Part shown: in pieces, positions 58,109 through 64,000 of the stretch
How the letters are laid out: each line of letters starts with the position of its first letter
Position numbering within the stretch: the stretch's first letter is position 1
Source: Deltaproteobacteria bacterium
GTDB lineage: Bacteria > Lernaellota > Lernaellaia > JACKCT01
Length of the DNA: 64,000 nucleotides
Assembly: GCA_020633895.1 (NCBI GenBank)
Contig: JACKCT010000005.1
Span: 155,789-219,788 of the forward strand
Reading direction: 5' to 3'
Translations under genes and position numbers: made by a program
Notes under the pieces: generated by a model
Database searches by the model: none
Told to the model about the DNA's origin: nothing
The model's input: the letters and a program-made list of their open reading frames with translations, nothing else

Positions 58109-59059
58109 CTATTTTTCGCCGGCCGTGGCGGGGCGTTTGCGCCCTCGCGGGTGAGCCGATTCGTAGGCCTCGCGCAGATGCTCGACCGACAGGTGCGTGT
58201 AGACCTGCGTGGACGAGAGGCTGGCATGGCCGAGCAACTCCTGGATCTGACGCAGGTTCCCGCCGCCTTCCAACATGTGCGTGGCGAAGGAATGGCGCAG
58301 ACGATGGGGCGTGACCCGCTTGCCCACCGCCGATTCCAGGCCGTATTTGCGCGCGACGTAGTACGCCGATTGGCGTGAGAGGCGGTCGTTTTTGTCGTTC
58401 AGAAAGATCGGGCCGTCGTCGGGGGCGCCGTATTTCGCCCGGCGAATCGCCGCCGTCTCCCGGCCGTATTGCGCCAGGGCGCGAATCGCCGCGTCGCCCA
58501 GGATGACGATGCGCTGCTTGCGGCCTTTGCCCATCACTTTGAGCGTCCCCAATTCCCGGTCCACGTCGGCCAGGTCGGCCTGCACGATCTCGCTGATGCG
58601 CGCTCCGGTGGAGTAGAGGACTTCCAGCAACGCCAGGTTCCGCGAGGCGGATTTGTCGTCGTGGGGGGCGTCGAGCAGGCGGCCGACCTCCGGCGCGGTC
58701 AGAAATTCGGGCAGGGCCTTGTCCTTCTTGGGGCCGATGATGCCTCGGGCGGGGTTGGCCTCCACCTGACCGGCGGTGCGCAGATAGTGGTAAAAGCGCC
58801 GAATCGCGACGAGTTTTCGCCGCAGGGTCGCCTTGCCGTCCGAGTCGGCCCGATGGGCCAGAAACGCCCGCACGCACAGACGATCGGCCCGGGACAGATC
58901 CGGACGCTCCTCGCGCACCGGCACCAGCTTTTGGGCCGCCAGAAATTCACCGAATTGCAGGAGGTCGGTTTTGTAGGCGAGGCGGGTGTGCTCGGAGGCG
59001 TCGTTCTCCAGACGCAAATTCTCCAAAAAGCTGTCGATCAGGGGATGGGATCCCGTCAA
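58109..59059 (-). CDS. xerC: Tyrosine recombinase XerC
   Basis: 'RISEIVQADLADVD', 'HRLRHSFATHMLEGGGNLRQIQELLGHASLSSTQVYTH'. Conserved position upstream of hslVU. Confidence 0.9.
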   Translation of the reverse strand: MTGSHPLIDSFLENLRLENDASEHTRLAYKTDLLQFGEFLAAQKLVPVREERPDLSRADRLCVRAFLAHRADSDGKATLRRKLVAIRRFYHYLRTAGQVEANPARGIIGPKKDKALPEFLTAPEVGRLLDAPHDDKSASRNLALLEVLYSTGARISEIVQADLADVDRELGTLKVMGKGRKQRIVILGDAAIRALAQYGRETAAIRRAKYGAPDDGPIFLNDKNDRLSRQSAYYVARKYGLESAVGKRVTPHRLRHSFATHMLEGGGNLRQIQELLGHASLSSTQVYTHLSVEHLREAYESAHPRGRKRPATAGEK

Positions 59060-59128
59060 AAGCCGCCTCCAAGGCCGATTGGAGGCAAGCTAACCACCGT
59101 CTCCGGGGGTGTCAACGCCGATTTTGAC

Positions 59129-59635
59129 TCAGGAATCCGGGCCCGGGGCGCAGGCGATCAGTTCGTCACAGTCGCCGTTATAGGCCGCGAAGCAATCGGC
59201 CGCTTGCTGTTCGAGCTTGCCGTCCAGGCAGTCTTCCAGGCAGAGTTCGGCGAGCATCGTGACCGTCGGCGGGTTGTTCTCGCCCCAGTCCAGGCAATCC
59301 TGCAAGCCGTCCATATTCGCGTCGACGCAGTAGTCGTCGCACTGTTCCGCCGGCACGGGATTGACCGCTCCTTCTTCGTCGTCATCGTCCCCGATGTCGT
59401 CGTCGGCCGCGTCGTCGTCATCGTCGCCGGGGGCGGGATTTTCGTCGAAATAATCGCCCGGATCCCGGTCCGCGTCGGAGTCGTCGTCGTCGTCCGCGTC
59501 GGACACGCCCTCATCGGACGAATCGTCGTCGTCGTCCCCCGCCGAGGCGCAGGCTGCCGCCAAAGCGGCCAGAAACGCGCTCGCCGCCAGGGCGGCGAGA
59601 ACGAGTCGTTTGGGATGAGGCCGGCGCGCGTTCAC
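59129..59635 (-). CDS. Small lipoprotein: Asp-rich tether plus 8-Cys (twin Cx3C) domain
   Basis: ORF 59129..59827. GTG 59635 gives (M)NARRPHPKRLVLAALAASAFLAALAAAC, a lipobox. Next comes 'ASAGDDDDDSSDE...DDDDDAADDDIGDDDDEE', then 'CDDYC...C...CLEDC...C...C..LIAC'. Confidence 0.7.
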   Translation of the reverse strand: MNARRPHPKRLVLAALAASAFLAALAAACASAGDDDDDSSDEGVSDADDDDDSDADRDPGDYFDENPAPGDDDDDAADDDIGDDDDEEGAVNPVPAEQCDDYCVDANMDGLQDCLDWGENNPPTVTMLAELCLEDCLDGKLEQQAADCFAAYNGDCDELIACAPGPDS

Positions 59636-59640
59636 GACCC

Positions 59641-60066
59641 TTACCGTCCGACGCACGCCAGGAAGGCCGCGCACTCGCCGTCTTCGTAGTTTTCGAAGCA
59701 GGTCAAGATGCCCAGGGGCATGGCTCCGGCCTCGCATTGGGCCTTGCATTCGGCGATTTGCTGCGCGGTGGTCATGTCGGCGTCCTCGCCGCAGGTGTGG
59801 ACGATATTCGCGCTTTCTTCCGTGCACAATTCGCCGCAGCGTTCCGGCGGCAGGTATTCTTCCTCGTCGGTGTCGTCATCCGTCGCGGACGTGTCGTCGT
59901 CGGCGCCCGAGGTGTCGTCATCGGTGGTCGTGGACGAGGAATCGTCGTCATCGTCGCCGCTGTGGCAACTCGAGCCCAACACCGCCAAAGCGATCGTCAA
60001 AACCGCCAGGGCGACCAGGTACGCGCGCCAGGTGTGGGGGGAAAGCCGTGCCGTCGTCGCTGTCAT
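59641..60066 (-). CDS. Small lipoprotein: Asp-rich tether plus 8-Cys (twin Cx3C) domain (paralog)
   Basis: ATG 60066 with GGAGG upstream. 'YLVALAVLTIALAVLGSSC' lipobox. 'HSGDDDDDSSSTTTDDDTSGADDDTSATDDDTDEEE'. Then 'CGELC...C...CKAQC...C...C..FLAC'. Confidence 0.75.
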   Translation of the reverse strand: MTATTARLSPHTWRAYLVALAVLTIALAVLGSSCHSGDDDDDSSSTTTDDDTSGADDDTSATDDDTDEEEYLPPERCGELCTEESANIVHTCGEDADMTTAQQIAECKAQCEAGAMPLGILTCFENYEDGECAAFLACVGR

Positions 60067-60212
60067 CTTCGCTCGCCTCCGTCGGAAAATGCCGGTTTGA
60101 CCGCGGGTCATCACCGCGTCGCTCCGTGGGCCGATGGGGATAAATTACCGACCCCATGCCGAAAAACAATCATTATTCTCATAATTTCGACGATTTTGTC
60201 CACCGGCGGACG

Positions 60213-61589
60213 TCAGACGACGGCCCGTCCCGTCTCGGCGGACGGGCCGCCGAGCAGGCGCGGGTCCAACTCGGCGACCCAACGGCGGAAGTCGGCCAGC
60301 GCCCGCTCGATCTTGGCGGCGCGGCGTTCCTTTTTGCCCACGCGCTTGCCGCCGGGGATCTCGATGGCCGGCAGGATGCCCAGGTTGGCGTTCATCGGCT
60401 GGAAGGGGTGCGTCGGCGAGGCGGTGACGTGACGCAGCAGGGCGCCGATCATGGTCGTTTCAGGGGGAGGGGCGATTTCGATGCCCTTGGCCTCGGCCGC
60501 CGCGAACAGCCCGGCCATCAGCCCGCAAGCCGCCGACTCGGTGTAGCCCTCCACCCCCGTCATCTGACCGGCGAGGCGGACGTTGGGTTTGGCGTTCAGG
60601 CGCAACGTGGCGTCCAGGACGCGCGGGCCGTCGACGAAGGTATTGCGATGGATGACGCCCAGGCGCAGGAACTCCGCGTCGGCAAGGCCCGGAATCATGC
60701 GCAGCACGCGTTGCTGATCGCCCCACTTCATGCGCGTCTGGAATCCGACCAGGTTGTAGGCCTCGCCGTCGGCGTCCTCCTTGCGCAGTTGCACGACGGC
60801 GTAGGGTCGCTTGCCGGTGCGCGGGTCTTCCAGGCCGACCGGGCGCATCGGGCCGTAGCGCAGCGTGTCCACCCCCCGCGCCGCCATCACCTCGATCGGC
60901 ATGCATCCCTCGAAGACGCATTTGTTCTCGAACTCGTGGGGCGTGACCATTTCGGCGTGGGTCAACGCGGCATAGAACGCCTCGTATTCCTCGCGGGTCA
61001 TGGGGCAGTTGATGTAGTCCGGGTCGCCCTTGCCCCAACGGGCGGCGGCGTAGGCGATGTCCATGTCAATGGTGTCGGCGGCGACGATGGGCGAGGTGGC
61101 GTCGAAGAAAAACAGCGCGTCTTGGCCCGTGGCCTTCGCGATGGCGTGGGCCAGGGCGTCCGCGGTCAAGGGACCGGTGCCGATGACGCACGGCCCGTCG
61201 GGCAATTCGTCCACCCGCTCGCAGGTCACGCTCACCCCGCGCGCGTCGAGCAATTGCCGGACGTTTTCGGACATCGCCTCCCGATGGACCGCCAGCGCGC
61301 CCCCCGCCGGCACGCGCGCCGCGTCCGCCGCCAGCAGGATCGTCGAACCCAGCAGGCGCATCTCGTCCTTGAGCAACCCGCCCGCCGTGCTTGAGTCGGC
61401 CGAGCCCAGCGAGTTGGAACACACCAACTCGGCGGGTCCGTCCAGTTTTTGCGCGGGGGTGCGTTCAGCCGGTTTTTGATCCACCAGACGCACCCGCAAC
61501 CCGGCCCGCGCGGCCACCGCCGCCGCCTCCGACCCGGCCAGGCCGGCGCCGACGATGAGCAGGTCGTAGTTGTTGTTGGGGGTGTTCAT
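60213..61589 (-). CDS. trmFO: Methylenetetrahydrofolate--tRNA-(uracil54-C5)-methyltransferase TrmFO
   Basis: FAD motif 'LLIVGAGLAGSEAAAVAARAG', 'LVCSNSLG' and 'AGQMTGVEGYTESAACGLMAG'. Confidence 0.9.
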   Translation of the reverse strand: MNTPNNNYDLLIVGAGLAGSEAAAVAARAGLRVRLVDQKPAERTPAQKLDGPAELVCSNSLGSADSSTAGGLLKDEMRLLGSTILLAADAARVPAGGALAVHREAMSENVRQLLDARGVSVTCERVDELPDGPCVIGTGPLTADALAHAIAKATGQDALFFFDATSPIVAADTIDMDIAYAAARWGKGDPDYINCPMTREEYEAFYAALTHAEMVTPHEFENKCVFEGCMPIEVMAARGVDTLRYGPMRPVGLEDPRTGKRPYAVVQLRKEDADGEAYNLVGFQTRMKWGDQQRVLRMIPGLADAEFLRLGVIHRNTFVDGPRVLDATLRLNAKPNVRLAGQMTGVEGYTESAACGLMAGLFAAAEAKGIEIAPPPETTMIGALLRHVTASPTHPFQPMNANLGILPAIEIPGGKRVGKKERRAAKIERALADFRRWVAELDPRLLGGPSAETGRAVV

Positions 61590-61671
61590 GGCTGTCCTTA
61601 GCCGATCGCGACCGACAGGAAACGGGCTGGTTCGGGTGTCGTTATATGACAGGAATCGTCTTTAAGAAAAT

Positions 61672-61702
61672 GTCATCCCGAACGCCGTGAGGGATCTCTC
61701 GC
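61672..61702. repeat. Single R4 hairpin unit between topA and trmFO
   Basis: gtcatcccgaacgccgtgagggatctctcgc. Same unit as at 11390, 42470 and 42677 (the last inverted). Confidence 0.8.
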
Positions 61703-61772
61703 ACAATGCGTCCAACATCGGCCGAGAGGTTCCTCGCTTTGCTCGAATAGCAACGAACTTTGGGACCCCACC

Positions 61773-64000
61773 TTACGCCTTCTTCTTCGCCTTCGTCGTC
61801 TTGGCGGCCGTCTTCTTTTTGGCGGTTTTGGCCTTGGTGGTCTTCTTCGCGCCTTTGCGGGCCTCGCGGGCGGCCAGCAGGTCCAGGGCCTGCTCGAGCG
61901 ATACGTCCTCGGGCGCCATGTCCTTGGGCAGGGAGGCGTTGGTCTTCTGGTGCTTCACATAGGGGCCGAAACGCCCGTCGAGGATCGCGATCGGCTCGCC
62001 TGTTTCGGGATGGTTGCCGATGGTGCGCAACGGTTCCTGCCCGCCGCGCTGCTTCTTGGCGGCGAGCAATTCCACCGCCCGGTCCAAGTTGACCGTCAGC
62101 ACGTCGTCTTCCGGCTTGAGGGAGGCGTATTTCCCGGCATGCACCACATACGGCCCGAAGCGCCCGATGCCCGCGTTGACGACCTTCCCATCCTCCGGAT
62201 GCAGTCCCACCCGCCGGGGCAGGGACAGCAGATCCAGCGCCTTGTCGAGTGTCACGTCCTCGGGCGCCAACCCCTTGGGCAGGGAGACCTTCTTGCTCTT
62301 GGGCTCCTCGTCGTCGTTTTCGCCGAGTTGCACATAGGGCCCGAAGCGGCCGACGAGCACATAGACGTTGCGGCCCGACTCGGCGTCCTGGCCGATGGGC
62401 TCGTTGCCCAGCTTTGCCTTGGCGACCAGATCCTCGATGACGTCCTTGGTCACATCCGCGGGGGGGATGCCTTCGGGCAGGGAGACGGTGGTCGCCTTCT
62501 CTTCCGGGTTTTCGGCCGGAATCTCGACGAACGGACCGTAGCGTCCCACCCGCACTTCATAGGGCGCGAACGAATCGGCCTTGAGAGTGCAAACCGTGCG
62601 CGGGTCCAGGTCGCCGCCCGACTCGATGCCGCCGATGAGTTCCTTGTCGTAGAACTCCTTGAGCAGGCCGTCGGCGGTCTTCCCCTCGGCGATCTCGTCG
62701 AGCTTTTCTTCCATGCCCGCCGTGAATTCCACGTCCACCACGTCGCCGTGCGTCTGTTCCAGGAGGTTGGTGACGGCCATCGCCGTGAACGTCGGGATCA
62801 GCGTTTTGTTCTGCGTGAAGACGTAGCCGCGCTGCTGGATGGTGTCGATGATCGTCGCGTAAGTGCTCGGGCGGCCCACGCCGTCTTTTTCCAGCGCCTT
62901 GACCAGGCTGGCCTCGGTGTAGCGCGCGGGGGGCTTGGTCTCGTGGCCCAAGGGCTCCACGTCCTTGACCGGGTGGCGCTCGCCTTCGGTCAGGGGCGGC
63001 AGGGATTCCTCGTCGTTTTCCTCCGACTCGCCCACGTCCAGCGTCTCCTGATAGGCCAGGAAGTAGCCGGGGAAGGTGATCTCCTTGCCGAAGGACTTGA
63101 ACTCGAGCTTTTCGCCGTCCACGTTCACCTGCCAGGTCACGGTCGTGAAACGCAGCTTCGCCTCGGCCATCTGGGTGGCCATGGTGCGTTTCCAGATCAG
63201 GTCATAGACCGCCGCTTCCTTGCCCTTGAGCCCGAGTTGGGCGGCCGTGCGCATCTGGTCCCCGGCGGGACGGATGGCCTCGTGGGCCTCCTGGGCGCCC
63301 TTGGACGACGTCTTATATTGGCGCACTTTTTCGGACAGATACTGCTCGCCGAAACTGGACGCGATCGCGCCGCGCGTGCCTCGGATGGCTTCGTCCGACA
63401 GGTGCGTCGAGTCGGTACGCATATAGGTGATGTACCCGGCTTCGTAGAGGCGCTGGGCGATGGACATGGTGTCGCGAGCGGAGAGGCCGAGCTTCTTGTT
63501 GCCCTCCTGCTGCAGCGTGGAGGTGATGAACGGCGGGCCCGGGGAGCGCTTGGTGTCGCGCGTTTCGACGGCGTCGACGGAGAGTTGGCTGTCGCGCAAT
63601 TTCGCGGCCAGGGCCTTGGTGCGGTCCTCTTCGAGCAGGAGCACCTTGCGGTCCTCGCGAATCTTGCCGGTGTTTTCGTCGAAGTCCTTGCCGGTGGCCA
63701 GACGCACCCCGTCGATGGCGACGAGCTGGGCGTGGAAGTCCTTGTTGTCCTTGGCCAGATGGGCCTTGATGTCCCAATAGGTGCCCGCGTGAAAGGCCAT
63801 GCGTTCGCGCTCGCGCAACACCAGCAAACGCACCGCCACCGACTGCACGCGTCCGGCCGACAGCTTGGGTTTGACCTTTTTCCACAGCATCGGCGAGAGC
63901 GTGTAGCCCACCAGGCGGTCGAGCACGCGCCGCGTCTCCTGGGCCTCGACGAGCTTCTGATCGATCTCCCTGGTCGCTTCGATGGCGTGCTGGATCGCGG
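61773..64000 (-). CDS. topA: DNA topoisomerase I (N-terminus beyond window edge)
   Basis: 'RRVLDRLVGYTLSP', 'ITYMRTDS' with the active-site Tyr, four Cys-less C-terminal repeats '(G/D)RFGPYV', and the Lys-rich tail 'KGAKKTTKAKTAKKKTAAKTTKAKKKA'. The frame stays open to position 64000. Confidence 0.93.
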   Translation of the reverse strand, partial: AIQHAIEATREIDQKLVEAQETRRVLDRLVGYTLSPMLWKKVKPKLSAGRVQSVAVRLLVLRERERMAFHAGTYWDIKAHLAKDNKDFHAQLVAIDGVRLATGKDFDENTGKIREDRKVLLLEEDRTKALAAKLRDSQLSVDAVETRDTKRSPGPPFITSTLQQEGNKKLGLSARDTMSIAQRLYEAGYITYMRTDSTHLSDEAIRGTRGAIASSFGEQYLSEKVRQYKTSSKGAQEAHEAIRPAGDQMRTAAQLGLKGKEAAVYDLIWKRTMATQMAEAKLRFTTVTWQVNVDGEKLEFKSFGKEITFPGYFLAYQETLDVGESEENDEESLPPLTEGERHPVKDVEPLGHETKPPARYTEASLVKALEKDGVGRPSTYATIIDTIQQRGYVFTQNKTLIPTFTAMAVTNLLEQTHGDVVDVEFTAGMEEKLDEIAEGKTADGLLKEFYDKELIGGIESGGDLDPRTVCTLKADSFAPYEVRVGRYGPFVEIPAENPEEKATTVSLPEGIPPADVTKDVIEDLVAKAKLGNEPIGQDAESGRNVYVLVGRFGPYVQLGENDDEEPKSKKVSLPKGLAPEDVTLDKALDLLSLPRRVGLHPEDGKVVNAGIGRFGPYVVHAGKYASLKPEDDVLTVNLDRAVELLAAKKQRGGQEPLRTIGNHPETGEPIAILDGRFGPYVKHQKTNASLPKDMAPEDVSLEQALDLLAAREARKGAKKTTKAKTAKKKTAAKTTKAKKKA

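Noticed and set aside
58109-59059. Tyrosine recombinase as a phage or ICE integrase marking a mobile element
   Set aside because: It sits in the canonical xerC-hslV-hslU context and has XerC/D-type motifs. There is no flanking tRNA, att-like repeats or phage genes.

Overview
GC-rich bacterial chromosomal segment with about 46 protein-coding genes. I found no rRNA, tRNA, CRISPR array, transposase or prophage genes. Many long ORFs in the six-frame track are antisense shadows of the real genes, as expected at high GC.

Housekeeping blocks:
- A nucleotide-metabolism cluster at 38.7-49.2 kb: archaeal-like valS, a long-form dCTP-deaminase-like gene, B12-dependent nrdJ and thyX.
- Peptidases at 49.5-53.2 kb: pepD and an S9 peptidase.
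- A conserved topA-trmFO-xerC-hslV-hslU cluster at 56-64 kb on the minus strand.
- Also a multi-PAS histidine kinase, an ABC-F ATPase, a patatin/MMPL/FAD-oxidoreductase neighbourhood, and a B12-radical-SAM/methyltransferase/polyprenol-kinase-like operon.

Unusual content:
1. Five tandem paralogous lipoprotein genes (20.7-26.4 kb). Each is built from about 11 Cys-clamped, roughly 27-aa repeats that combine a DxDCDG acidic loop with a YDxxGR (YD/RHS-like) core.
2. An HtrA protease gene translationally coupled to two Kazal-domain lipoprotein genes. This is a split version of the eukaryotic HTRA1 domain architecture.
3. Poly-Asp (D/T-rich) linkers or tails in 13 exported proteins.
4. A crotonyl-CoA carboxylase/reductase homolog fused to a C-terminal CBS pair.
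5. Intergenic regions full of short hairpin repeats (REP/MITE-like). There are several families, their stems covary, and they often form inverted pairs of about 120 bp just 3' of genes.
6. A near-consensus sigma-54 promoter in an AT-rich island.
7. A 740-bp ORF-free gap between convergent genes that ends in a plus-strand terminator.

All calls come from reading motifs by eye. No database search was run. Taxonomy cannot be assigned from this window alone.
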